A DNA stretch of 64,000 nt, taken from NCBI GenBank assembly GCA_963700635.1, contig CAVOYH010000003.1:576001-640000 (forward strand), read 5' to 3'. Position numbers and translations under genes: made by a program. Position 1 is the stretch's first letter; each line of letters opens with the position of its first letter. Under the pieces are notes generated by a model, which saw only the letters and a program-made list of their open reading frames with translations, did no database searches and was not told the DNA's origin. Shown one piece after another: positions 28,744 through 38,561 of this stretch. Source of the stretch: an uncultured Bacteroidota bacterium. GTDB lineage: Bacteria; Bacteroidota; Ignavibacteria; UBA10030; UBA6906.

Positions 28744-30600
28744 ATGAGAAAGAACTTTGTCTACTTCGTCCTGATACCATTGCTGGTACTTGTTGCTGTG
28801 CTCTACTTCTTTCTCGACGGCTGGATTGAGGCTGGACTTGAGTATGGAGGTGAGCGAGTAACCGGCGCCCGTGTGGAGATCGACGGTCTTTCGCTGTCAC
28901 TGTCTCCTCTGGGTATCGAATTCGCCCGCATGCAGGTTGCCAATCCGGATAATCCCTGGTTTAATCTCTTTGAAACCCGCACGGTCCGGCTCCGGATGGA
29001 CGCCGGTCAGCTCTTGCGGGGGAAATACATCATTGAGACCGCCGAAGTTCAAGATTTTATCGTCGGAACCAGGCGCTCGACCGACGGTTCGCTCCCGGGG
29101 CAAAGCGAGAAATCGAGGGCGGCCGGGGATCGTAATTCCTTCACGACTCTTGCAGAAAGGGTCCTGGCACAGAATGTCGAAAAGACTCCCATCTTCGATC
29201 CTGCGATCCTGCGAAAGGGGTTGAACATCGACAGTTTGATCAAGGCTGTCGATCTGCGCTCCATCTCACACATCGAAACTCTCAAAACACGGGTTACAGT
29301 GGCCGCGGGGCAATGGCAAGTGTCGCTTGCGGATGTGGAAAAGACCAAATCGCGGCTTGCCCTCATGGACTCCAGCGTCCGCTCGATCGATCCTTCGACC
29401 CTGAAAGACGTTGCCTCCATCACGTCGGCAATCAGGACCGTTGATGAGACACGCAAAGGGGTCAATGATATTCTCACCACCTACACCACCAGGCGGGATG
29501 CGATCACCGCTGACATGCAGCAGATCTCCACGGCCGTTGCCGCGATCGACGATATCGCTGCTGAAGACTATCGGAAGTTGCTCAGACTTGCGAGGCTGCC
29601 CGACATCAATGCAATCGGCATCGCCGAAGCATTGGTCGGCAACCAGCTCCTGCATGAAGTGAAGACCTATCTCTCGTACGCAGATCTCGCCCGCGAAAAG
29701 ATCCAGAACTATTCGTCAAGACCGGAGATGGCAAAACCTCCCCGGATGGAAGGCCAGGATATCCATTTCCCTGTGGATCGGGCCTATCCCAAATTCTGGA
29801 TCAAGGAAATTAGCGCCTCAGGGGGCACGGACAGGAAACAGAATCCCGAGTTCTTCTACCTGCGCGGAAAAGTGCTGAACGTGTCCAGCAACCAACGTGT
29901 AACGCGTCTGCCCATGACCATCGATCTGAAGGGGACACGCGGAACGACAGTCGCGGCGACATTTACGGCGTTGTTTGACCGGACCCGCGAGACACCACGG
30001 GACGAATACAAGGCCGATATTACCGGCGTCCCTCTCGCATCCTTCGCCATCGGTCGTCCGGATTTTCTCCCGGGCACGATCACGGGGGCAACCCTGGGCA
30101 CCGCGATCGCCGTGAGCATCCCGGGGCGCGGATTTGATGCGCGCACCGACCTGGGTTTCCGGAACATGTCTATTTCCTATGCCGCGGCTCCTGCGAACAC
30201 GGGAGAGCGGCTGGCGCGGGATGTGCTGGATGGAGTGAGAGGTTTTAACGTCACCCTGCGCCTCTGGAACAGTGCGGAGGGTTTCAAGTCAGCACTGGCC
30301 ACCGATCTGGACGAACAATTTGCGGCACGGATAAAAGCGGTCCTCGGTGCAGAGTTAACAAGACTCCAGGCTGAGCTACGTGCAAAAGTAAATACCATCA
30401 TTAACGCCAAGCGGCGGGAATTTGAGGCACTCTACTCGGCGAAACGGTCGGAAGTGGAAAGGCGCCTCGCCGAGTATCAGGCGATCGTCACGGAAAATGT
30501 TGCTCTGATCGAGGGAAAAAAGAATGAGCTGGAGCAGAGACTGGAGAAGGAGAAAAGGGGGAAGGTTGATGATGCGGTGAAGAAAATCTTTAAACGATAA
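28744..30600 (+). CDS. TIGR03545-family protein (AsmA-like N-terminus, coiled coils)
   Basis: TM anchor, GARVEI..L.L, QVANPDNP..NLFE, GT.R.TDG, R..GQDI.FP....P.FWIK, helical C-terminus. Confidence 0.8.
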   Translation: MRKNFVYFVLIPLLVLVAVLYFFLDGWIEAGLEYGGERVTGARVEIDGLSLSLSPLGIEFARMQVANPDNPWFNLFETRTVRLRMDAGQLLRGKYIIETAEVQDFIVGTRRSTDGSLPGQSEKSRAAGDRNSFTTLAERVLAQNVEKTPIFDPAILRKGLNIDSLIKAVDLRSISHIETLKTRVTVAAGQWQVSLADVEKTKSRLALMDSSVRSIDPSTLKDVASITSAIRTVDETRKGVNDILTTYTTRRDAITADMQQISTAVAAIDDIAAEDYRKLLRLARLPDINAIGIAEALVGNQLLHEVKTYLSYADLAREKIQNYSSRPEMAKPPRMEGQDIHFPVDRAYPKFWIKEISASGGTDRKQNPEFFYLRGKVLNVSSNQRVTRLPMTIDLKGTRGTTVAATFTALFDRTRETPRDEYKADITGVPLASFAIGRPDFLPGTITGATLGTAIAVSIPGRGFDARTDLGFRNMSISYAAAPANTGERLARDVLDGVRGFNVTLRLWNSAEGFKSALATDLDEQFAARIKAVLGAELTRLQAELRAKVNTIINAKRREFEALYSAKRSEVERRLAEYQAIVTENVALIEGKKNELEQRLEKEKRGKVDDAVKKIFKR

Positions 30601-30610
30601 CGGAAGAAGA

Positions 30611-32152
30611 TCACAACCTCTGGAGAGTAGTATTACACTCTGCTATCACTCTCCGAATCACTGCGACCGCATCGGAGGCCTGACGCGCCAGATCTCCCAG
30701 GCGCTCGGTCTCTGTTCCTCCTCCCAGTAATGCGAGTATTTCCGGGAGGACCGAGCGAATCACCACTGTCGCATTACACAACTGCGTCCCGGCACCTGCA
30801 AGAGGGGAAAAGGTTTCGACGCACGATGGGTCTGATTCCAGCATGGTAAACAGAGAACTGATGAAGAGCAGCCGGGCCGCCACGACCTGCTCGAATTCCT
30901 CAGCGGTGAGACGGAATCGTTGCAAGGGTAGTGCGGCATCACCGGCCGGTGCACCTCCCCGGATCTGAAGCGTCTCCAGATTCTCAACAAACATCCCCAA
31001 CCGGTTCAGAATTACCGATCCGCTTTCTCCATGTTCCAGCACCGCGATTTCCTGGCGGAGCTTCTCCACAGCTTTGCTCCGGACATTTTTCTGGAATTCC
31101 TCTTCGGTTCTTTTCCGGTCGGTAATATCATGCAGGACACCCTGAATTCTCCCATCGGACAGGCCGCGGGCACAGACCTCGACATGAACGGTCCGTGCAT
31201 CACGCCGCGCCAAACGGTGTTCTCCCCACACACTCTGACCCTTTTGGATACACCCGGTGCAGAACAGCCTGTCGCCCGACGGGTCGGCATTGAGTAATGT
31301 GGCGATGTTCATAAACAGCAGTTCCTCACGCGTATATCCCGCCAACTCACACATCCGTGAGTTCACGGTGAGAATAGCCCCCAACCTGTCAGTGATAACA
31401 ATTGCCTCGTCGGCCTGTTCCATCAACATCCGGAATTCCAGCTCACGGTGGTAAAGCGCTTCGCGGGCCGCCTCACGATCTGTAATGTCGGTAAACGCAT
31501 GGACAAACCCCGTCCAGTTGCCCTGCGAATCCACCATCAGATTTGATTTGAATGCGATCCTGCGCGTCGTGTCATCCCGCGCCATCAGCAGATCGGGATC
31601 GCGCACACGATAGACAGTCGTCAGATCCTTGCCGACAGCTTCATCCTGCGACCAGCCGGTCATGGTTTCCGCCACGGGATTCATAAACCGGATATGGCCG
31701 TCATCGCCCGTGACGATGACTCCATCCCCGATACTGTTCAGCGTCGTTGCGAGGAGCTGCTTCTGCTCGTAGAGTGTCTGTTCGAGTTTGTGGCGGAGGA
31801 GGGCGATTTCAATAGCGGCGTGTAACTCGGGTTCCTCAAAGGGCTTGAGGATGTACGCAAACGGCTCCGTGAGGCGAATCCGCGAAATTAACTCCTGATC
31901 CGCATACGCCGTGATAAAGACCACGGGGATGCGGAAATTCTCCCGGATTCTCGCCGCAGCTTCAACTCCGTCAATTCCCGACCCCAGGTGCACGTCCATC
32001 AGGATTACGTCGGGGGGATTCTCCCCCACGGCGAGCATGGCGTCCTCCCCTGAAGACGCCGTGCCCGCCATTGTATATCCCAATTTCTTCAAGCGGCTCT
32101 GGATATCCAGGGCAACAATGCTCTCGTCCTCCACCACGAGTATACGTGGCAT
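30611..32152 (-). CDS. Response regulator with REC-PAS-PAS domains and unrecognised helical C-terminus
   Basis: ILVVEDE, PDVILMD, FITAY, YILKPF; two PAS domains (SIGDGVIVT..., ADEAIVITD...HDITDRK); no HATPase or GGDEF motifs. Confidence 0.82.
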   Translation of the reverse strand: MPRILVVEDESIVALDIQSRLKKLGYTMAGTASSGEDAMLAVGENPPDVILMDVHLGSGIDGVEAAARIRENFRIPVVFITAYADQELISRIRLTEPFAYILKPFEEPELHAAIEIALLRHKLEQTLYEQKQLLATTLNSIGDGVIVTGDDGHIRFMNPVAETMTGWSQDEAVGKDLTTVYRVRDPDLLMARDDTTRRIAFKSNLMVDSQGNWTGFVHAFTDITDREAAREALYHRELEFRMLMEQADEAIVITDRLGAILTVNSRMCELAGYTREELLFMNIATLLNADPSGDRLFCTGCIQKGQSVWGEHRLARRDARTVHVEVCARGLSDGRIQGVLHDITDRKRTEEEFQKNVRSKAVEKLRQEIAVLEHGESGSVILNRLGMFVENLETLQIRGGAPAGDAALPLQRFRLTAEEFEQVVAARLLFISSLFTMLESDPSCVETFSPLAGAGTQLCNATVVIRSVLPEILALLGGGTETERLGDLARQASDAVAVIRRVIAECNTTLQRL

Positions 32153-32371
32153 CTTACGCTTCCACAAAGTTGCCTTTAGCTCGTTACCCGCCGGATGCTG
32201 TATCGTCCGTAACGCCCGTGCAGACCGGACAAATCGCCCCGGCTGGGTCGGCCGAGTCACGTACCCATCCCTGCGTGTCCAGAAATTTTTCCACTCAAAT
32301 CTCCAAAAATGGGGCACCGGAGTCAATTCCACAAAATCTGATTCTCATGTCAGAAATTGTGGAACTTTTCT

Positions 32372-32389
32372 TGTAGGAATCTTCCTACA
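32372..32389. promoter_or_regulatory. Perfect palindromic operator candidate TGTAGGAA-TC-TTCCTACA
   Basis: 8-2-8 inverted repeat in the divergent intergenic region. Confidence 0.55.
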
Positions 32390-32528
32390 CGAAATACGGC
32401 TCAAAATCGCAGACTCATGGCGGCTGGACATTTCCATGCCCGGCTAATGCCGTATATAACTTCTCGTCACAATTCGCGACGGTTGCAGAACTTTGAGAGT
32501 TCCTTCTGATTTTTGTACATTCATGATC

Positions 32529-32927
32529 ATGAAAGAAGTTTCTGTCGGCATCCTCCTGCGAGAAAAGACCGTTCTTGCCGGCCAACGTAAACGGACGGCA
32601 CATTATCCGTTGAAATGGGAGTTTCCCGGAGGGAAAATTGAACCGGGCGAAACTCCCTCTCAGGCCCTGGTCCGGGAACTGCACGAGGAACTCTCCATTA
32701 TCGCGTTACCAGGGACAGAATTACTTCGTCAGGACTGGAAGTATGGCGACTTGTCCTACCGTGTCTACTACTTCCTGGTTCCCTCCTTCACCGGAGAGCC
32801 CACAAACAATACGTTCGAGCAGCTTGCCTGGCTTACGCCGGATGAACTGCTCCATATGGATATTCTGGAAGGAAACCGGGAAGCGGTTCAGCGCCTTGCG
32901 GTGATGATGAAAAGAGACCCTCTGTGA
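32529..32927 (+). CDS. mutT: NUDIX hydrolase, MutT-like 8-oxo-dGTPase
   Basis: WEFPGGKIEPGETPSQALVRELHEEL intact Nudix box; coupled to mutY. Confidence 0.8.
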   Translation: MKEVSVGILLREKTVLAGQRKRTAHYPLKWEFPGGKIEPGETPSQALVRELHEELSIIALPGTELLRQDWKYGDLSYRVYYFLVPSFTGEPTNNTFEQLAWLTPDELLHMDILEGNREAVQRLAVMMKRDPL

Positions 32928-33835
32928 AAGCAGAGGCAAGGCCCCGGTTTCACGCAGCGGTGTTCCACTGGTACAAGAATCATGGCCGAATACTCCCATG
33001 GAGAGGTGATCAGAATCCGTACCGTGTGCTCCTCTCTGAGGTAATGCTCCAGCAAACACAGGTCAGCCGGGTTCTGGAGAAGTATCCGGTCTTTCTGAAG
33101 CACTTCCCGACTCTCCCGGCACTGGCGAGAGCGCAACGGGCAGATGTGATACGTGTCTGGCAGGGGATGGGCTACAACAACCGTGCAGTCAGGCTCCATC
33201 AATGTGCCCATATCATCTCCGGCCGGTATAACGGACGATTCCCCGTTACCGAAAAAGAGCTCAGGGAACTTCCTGGCATCGGAAGATATACCGCACGAGC
33301 CGTTCTGAGTTCCGCTCTGGGTATGCCAGTTGCTGTTGTGGACGTGAACATCCAGCGTGTGTTTTCCCGGTTTTTCTGGCGCATGGACACAGTTGCCGAA
33401 ACGGTTCATCTGGGCATCGTTGAGGCCTGTGCTGCCGACCACTTTCCAACGCAGCGAGGGTACGACTGGAATCAGGCCCTCATGGATCTGGGGGCCACGG
33501 TATGCACCGCACGGGCACCGCGGTGCGGGGTCTGTCCCGTTGCACCCTGGTGCAAATCACGCACGAGTATGAGTCGGACGGGCCCCGTGCAGATGAAACG
33601 GGAGCCTCTATTCTATGGCGTCCCGGAACGAATCTACCGCGGACGTATTGTCAACCGGCTCCGTGCAGTCAACAACGGGCATACCATTACTCTAACATCG
33701 CTTGGAACACATATTCTGACTCGATATACAGGGCGGAACGAGGCGTGGCTCCGGCGCCTTCTGGAACGGCTGGAACGCGATGGACTTGTCCGGCTCAGGA
33801 AACGTGGCGCGACAACGAGAGTGAGCCTTCCATGA
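32924..33835 (+). CDS. mutY: A/G-specific adenine glycosylase (short form)
   Basis: LPWR, SEVMLQQT, W.GMGY..RA, LPGIGRYTA (HhH), D.N..RV, NQALMDLGA..C....P.C..CP....C. Confidence 0.93.
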   Translation: MKAEARPRFHAAVFHWYKNHGRILPWRGDQNPYRVLLSEVMLQQTQVSRVLEKYPVFLKHFPTLPALARAQRADVIRVWQGMGYNNRAVRLHQCAHIISGRYNGRFPVTEKELRELPGIGRYTARAVLSSALGMPVAVVDVNIQRVFSRFFWRMDTVAETVHLGIVEACAADHFPTQRGYDWNQALMDLGATVCTARAPRCGVCPVAPWCKSRTSMSRTGPVQMKREPLFYGVPERIYRGRIVNRLRAVNNGHTITLTSLGTHILTRYTGRNEAWLRRLLERLERDGLVRLRKRGATTRVSLP

Positions 33836-34491
33836 AGTCTCCACGGTACGTGGCTCTGGAGGAAATTGCCGTCGCCTACAGTCGGTCCCGTAAGAGCATC
33901 CGCACCCGTTTGAAGGAGTTTGCAAATGTCCCTGCTGATGATGTGTTTTATGAACTCGTGTACTGTCTGCTCACCCCTCAATCCAGCGCAGCACACGCCG
34001 ACAGCGCCGTGCAACTACTTCGCGAGGGTGAATTCCACGACCATGGTTTTGACCCCACGGACATTTTACGCCGGCCCGGGGCTTACATACGATTTCACAA
34101 CACCAAAGCACGGCGGCTGCTTGCTGTTCGCACCCAGTTTGCCGCCATTGATGCGGCGTTGCGTGCGGCCCCGGCTGACGGGGAAGGAGCCTCAACAGAC
34201 GGATTACAGATACGCGAGTGGCTCGTGCGTCGCGTACACGGACTGGGAATGAAAGAGGCGTCCCATTTCCTCCGTAACATCGGATACAAAAATCTTGCCA
34301 TCCTGGATCGGCACATCCTGAGGAACCTCAGGTATCATGGTGTACTTAGTTCTGTGCCCTCCTCCATGACCACACGGCGATATCTGGACATCGAGACTCG
34401 TTTTCTTTCTTTTGCCGCAACCGTGGGCATCCCGATGGATGATCTGGATTTGCTTTTCTGGAGCAAGGAAACCGGAGAAATCCGCAAATAG
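33832..34491 (+). CDS. ogg: 8-oxoguanine N-glycosylase/DNA lyase, Ogg2 (archaeal/Thermotoga) type
   Basis: ELVYCLLTPQSSA, RFHNTKA, GLGMKEASHFLRNIG, AILDRHILR, LDLLFW..ETGEIRK with C-terminal Lys; ATGA overlap with mutY. Confidence 0.88.
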   Translation: MKSPRYVALEEIAVAYSRSRKSIRTRLKEFANVPADDVFYELVYCLLTPQSSAAHADSAVQLLREGEFHDHGFDPTDILRRPGAYIRFHNTKARRLLAVRTQFAAIDAALRAAPADGEGASTDGLQIREWLVRRVHGLGMKEASHFLRNIGYKNLAILDRHILRNLRYHGVLSSVPSSMTTRRYLDIETRFLSFAATVGIPMDDLDLLFWSKETGEIRK

Positions 34492-34508
34492 AGGAAGGGC
34501 CGAAGACG

Positions 34509-35666
34509 ATGCAATTTCTTGTGCTGGGTGCTGGTATGATGGGAAGTGCCGTGGCATATGACATCGCCACAGCCTCAACGAAAAACACGGTGATGCTTGC
34601 TGATATCGATCTGGACCGTGCCACAGCGGCGGCCAGGGCCATCGGTTCCAACGTGACACCTCTGTGCCTGGATGTGCGCGACGCCGAAGCGTTACGCTCT
34701 GCCCTGCAGGGGTGCGCTGTCGTCATCAGCGCGGTTTCCTACAATGTGAATGAGCACATTACCCGAATGGCCATCGCCGCGGGCGTCCACATGTGCGACC
34801 TGGGAGGAAACAATGATGTCGTCGATCAGCAACTCCATCATGACGCTGAAGCCCGGGCGCGGAACGTTACCGTCATCCCCAATTGTGGGCTGGCTCCGGG
34901 TCTGATTAATGTCCTTGCGGTGACCGGCATCCAGGAGTTTGATTCCGTCAAGACGATCCGCCTGCGGGTGGGAGGTTTGCCCCAGCATCCGAAGCCGCCT
35001 CTGCAGTATCAGATCGTGTTTTCAGCGGAAGGACTGCTCAACGAATACCTTGAGCCTGCTGAAATACTGGACCATGGCGAACTCCACACTGTACCGTCGA
35101 TGACAGGCCTTGAGGAGATCCACTTTCCTCCGCCGTACGGCCGTCTTGAAGCATTTTACACGTCAGGCGGACTCTCCACCCTTCCCCGGATGCTTCGCGG
35201 CAGTGTTCAAGATCTGGATTACAAGACAATCCGCTACCCGGGACACTGTGAGAAATTCAAACTTCTCCTGGACCTTGGCTTTGCCGCGTCGGACCCTCTG
35301 GTGGGTGGCGGGGGCATTCGCACGTCGCGTGAGCTCTTTACGGAACTCCTGAAACGACGCCTCTTTTCGGACGATAGCGACGTGGTCCTTGCCAGAGCCA
35401 CGCTTACGGGAGAAAAAAATGGAAGGTCGCAGACTCTTGTGTATGAATGTGTGGATGCGTATGATGAAACTACACGAATTACTGCAATGATGCGCACGAC
35501 GGCCTTTCCGACAGCCATTACCGCCCTGATGCTTTCCGGGGGGGTCATCACACAGCGGGGTGTGATGCCACCCGAAGCATGTGTCCCCGGTCAGCACATG
35601 ATCCGTGATCTGGCACAGCGCGGGGTTGTTATCTCATCACGTTTTGTTAGCGAGACTACACGATGA
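34509..35666 (+). CDS. Saccharopine dehydrogenase / lysine 6-dehydrogenase family protein
   Basis: VLGAGMMG, DLGGN, CGLAPGL.N, VGGLPQ.P.PPL.Y, YKTIRYPGH, AMMRTTAFP. Confidence 0.88.
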   Translation: MQFLVLGAGMMGSAVAYDIATASTKNTVMLADIDLDRATAAARAIGSNVTPLCLDVRDAEALRSALQGCAVVISAVSYNVNEHITRMAIAAGVHMCDLGGNNDVVDQQLHHDAEARARNVTVIPNCGLAPGLINVLAVTGIQEFDSVKTIRLRVGGLPQHPKPPLQYQIVFSAEGLLNEYLEPAEILDHGELHTVPSMTGLEEIHFPPPYGRLEAFYTSGGLSTLPRMLRGSVQDLDYKTIRYPGHCEKFKLLLDLGFAASDPLVGGGGIRTSRELFTELLKRRLFSDDSDVVLARATLTGEKNGRSQTLVYECVDAYDETTRITAMMRTTAFPTAITALMLSGGVITQRGVMPPEACVPGQHMIRDLAQRGVVISSRFVSETTR

Positions 35667-35815
35667 ATGTGTTTCCCTTATCCGTCATGATCAGCACCCG
35701 GGATTCTGTTGAGGGCAGGGATGTGCAGCACCAGTATATTGTCCGCACCCGGCACCCGCGCTGGGAACTGGTGCGGATTCTGGTCCGGGCCATGTTTGAA
35801 ATCCGTTTCCGGTAA

Positions 35816-37486
35816 ATGCAAATGCCTCCCTCACGACAGCCTAACACTGCAGGCAGAGATTCGGGCACAGTCCGGCGGGCCCTTTCCTCTCTGTTCCTGG
35901 CGCTGTTCCTGTCGCTCCCCACCCTTCTGAACGCTCAGGAGAATACTGTCCGCATCATCGTGGACCAGGATCCCCAGCGCAACGCCGTGATCGGCGTATT
36001 CCGGACGCGGGGTATTCTCTACGCATCGTTGACAGACCTGGCGCAGACCTTTCAGGTGACGCCGTACGAGAATCACGCTACCGCAAAAATGGAGGTAAAA
36101 CAGGGCCCATACAGAATCAAGGTCACCGGAGGAAGTCCATTTGTAGTCGTCACCGATCAGGCCCAACGACAGACCATTTACCAGCTTCCCACAAATGTAT
36201 TGTATGCCGCGGGATCGTTTTTTGTGCCATTGCAGTCGTTCCTTCCCTATTTCTCTCTTGTGTTCAACAAGACGGCTGTTTTTGACCCGGCGACACATAT
36301 CCTGCGCGTCGGTTCGGAACCCTCACTGTCCGCATTTGATATCCCAACCGTTTACCTCGAACCCAAGTCGAACGGCATGCTTATCCGCATCTCCTCCACC
36401 AAACGTGTGGAAGATGTGGAAAGCTGGCTGCGTCAGGATGGCTGGCTGTATGTTACGCTGGTAGATGTAAAGGCAGACATCAATGCGATTAATGCCCTCA
36501 AGGGTTCCGGGATCGTGAAAGATATCGTTGCGATTCAGTCTCCCACGTCCGTGCAGCTCACCTTCAGACTCTCAGGCAAGATTGCAGCGTCAGAGATCCT
36601 TCGTGAAGAAGGCACGCAGGATATTCTGGTCTCCGTTCGCACCCACGCCGGCGCCGAACCTCCGGCATCTGAATCCCGGACGGGAAACGCCGGGGGGAAG
36701 CCAACCGTAAATCCTCCGGAGCGGACTGCCTCTCCGGTTTTTTCACCGGATCTTGCGGAACGGAGAAAACGGTGGGATCTTGACGTGATCGTTATTGATC
36801 CCGGTCACGGGGGGCACGATCCCGGCACTATCGGGATAAGTGGTGTGTATGAAAAAGATATCGCCCTGGCGATCTCGCTAAAACTCGGCTCCTTGATCAA
36901 GAAGGAACTTCCCGATGTCCGGGTGGTGTATACCCGCTCGAAAGATGCGTTCGTCCCGGTCTATCACAGAGGCCAGATCGCAAATGAAGCGGGAGGGAAA
37001 CTCTTTCTCAGTATTCACTGCAATTCCACACGGCGTAAACCGAGTCCGATACGCGGCATGGAAGTGTATCTCCTCCGGCCGGGGCGAACTGAGGAAGCCA
37101 TTGCCATCGCCGAAAAGGAAAATGCCGTCATCACACTGGAAGAGGGATACGAAAACCGGTATCAGGAACTGACGGACGAGAATTTTATACTTGTGACGAT
37201 GGCTCAAAGCGCGTACATGAAATCAAGCGAGGTACTGGCCAATCTTGTGCATGAAGAGGTGAAGAAAGTACGGGGACTTCAGAGCCGCGGTGTCATGCAG
37301 GCTGGTTTCTATGTTCTGGTGGGCGCCGCCATGCCAAACATTCTTGTGGAAACGGCGTTTCTCTCAAACCGGGAGGACGAGAAATTCGTAAAGAGCAGCG
37401 CCGGTCAGCAGAAAATCGCCCATGCGCTCTTTCAGGCGATCCGCCGGTACAAGGCCGAGTACGAAAAACTTCTCACGGGTGAGTAA
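35816..37486 (+). CDS. N-acetylmuramoyl-L-alanine amidase (Amidase_3) with AMIN-like region
   Basis: IVIDPGHGGHDPG, EKDI.L, R..IAN, LFLSIHCNS, FYVL.GA.MP.ILVETAFLSN. Confidence 0.93.
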   Translation: MQMPPSRQPNTAGRDSGTVRRALSSLFLALFLSLPTLLNAQENTVRIIVDQDPQRNAVIGVFRTRGILYASLTDLAQTFQVTPYENHATAKMEVKQGPYRIKVTGGSPFVVVTDQAQRQTIYQLPTNVLYAAGSFFVPLQSFLPYFSLVFNKTAVFDPATHILRVGSEPSLSAFDIPTVYLEPKSNGMLIRISSTKRVEDVESWLRQDGWLYVTLVDVKADINAINALKGSGIVKDIVAIQSPTSVQLTFRLSGKIAASEILREEGTQDILVSVRTHAGAEPPASESRTGNAGGKPTVNPPERTASPVFSPDLAERRKRWDLDVIVIDPGHGGHDPGTIGISGVYEKDIALAISLKLGSLIKKELPDVRVVYTRSKDAFVPVYHRGQIANEAGGKLFLSIHCNSTRRKPSPIRGMEVYLLRPGRTEEAIAIAEKENAVITLEEGYENRYQELTDENFILVTMAQSAYMKSSEVLANLVHEEVKKVRGLQSRGVMQAGFYVLVGAAMPNILVETAFLSNREDEKFVKSSAGQQKIAHALFQAIRRYKAEYEKLLTGE

Positions 37487-37522
37487 TTTGCATCCGGACC
37501 GATTTTGGTCTATGTTCTACGT

Positions 37523-38044
37523 ATGGTTATGAACAAAACGGTGGCGGCATATTTCGTCTTTCTTGCGGGAGCCTTACTCTGGTGCCTGCTGATCCTGGTG
37601 GCTCCTGTGCTGGCTCATGCCGGAGGTGAAGCACGGTTCTGGGCTGATGCGCTCTATGAGGCCTTTCACAGGGTATGCCATCAGCTGGATACCCGATCTC
37701 TCCATTTTTATGGCGAGCCGCTCGTTGTCTGTTCCCGGTGTGCCGCAATCTATTTCGGATTTCTGGCTGGCACCCTGTTCTATCCGTTGATCCGTGATGT
37801 GCGGCGTCCGGAATCTCCATCCCGGAATCTGCTCGTGATTGCCCTGGCACCGATGCTGCTCGATGTGCTGCTCGGGATAACCGGAATCTCGGATGTCACC
37901 ACGCCCACCAGACTCCTTACGGGCGGATTGTTTGGTTTGTTGATACCGTTTGTCGTTCTTCCCGTTGCCCTGGGCGCCGTTCAGGAACGAACCGCCCGCC
38001 CCCCCACCATCGAACACCAAACGAAAGGATTTATCGATGCCTGA
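37523..38044 (+). CDS. DUF2085-like membrane protein
   Basis: VCHQ...RS, VCSRC..IY.G, P...D, R..TG..FG. Confidence 0.8.
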   Translation: MVMNKTVAAYFVFLAGALLWCLLILVAPVLAHAGGEARFWADALYEAFHRVCHQLDTRSLHFYGEPLVVCSRCAAIYFGFLAGTLFYPLIRDVRRPESPSRNLLVIALAPMLLDVLLGITGISDVTTPTRLLTGGLFGLLIPFVVLPVALGAVQERTARPPTIEHQTKGFIDA

Positions 38045-38561
38045 AAAACCGAGCAAATTGATGCCCGCCCTGTATGGCGGTATCATCATTGGTGTGATTT
38101 CGGGGGTTCCTTTTCTCAGTTTCGTTAATTGTTTGTGCTGCGCCGGCGTGATCTTTGGCGGAGTAATGGCCGTGTTCTTCTACAAGAAGGACCTTACTCC
38201 TGAAATGCCTCCGCTCACGAACAATGATGCGCTGACGGTCGGGGCTCTGGCAGGTTTGTTCGGAGCCCTGTTCGGCAATATCCTCGCAGCCATCTTCCTG
38301 TTCACGATCGGCAATGTCGCGGCAGAAGCCTCGTATCAGGCAGTGTTGAGTATTTACGACAGTCTGGGATTCCTCGAACACATGCCCCCCGATGCCATAG
38401 AACAGATGGAACAAAGCATGATGGAGGGAAGTCTCTCTCCTGTCGCCGTCATCACGTCATTTGTTATTGATCCGTTGTTTGGTCTGCTCGGCGGTTTGAT
38501 CGGCTATGCGATGTTCAAGCCCAAGACGGAGACCACACCAGAACCCCCTGCGAAAGTCTAG
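38037..38561 (+). CDS. Hypothetical multi-pass membrane protein
   Basis: Four hydrophobic Gly-rich helices, NCLCC motif; AAAGGA RBS. Confidence 0.7.
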   Translation: MPEKPSKLMPALYGGIIIGVISGVPFLSFVNCLCCAGVIFGGVMAVFFYKKDLTPEMPPLTNNDALTVGALAGLFGALFGNILAAIFLFTIGNVAAEASYQAVLSIYDSLGFLEHMPPDAIEQMEQSMMEGSLSPVAVITSFVIDPLFGLLGGLIGYAMFKPKTETTPEPPAKV

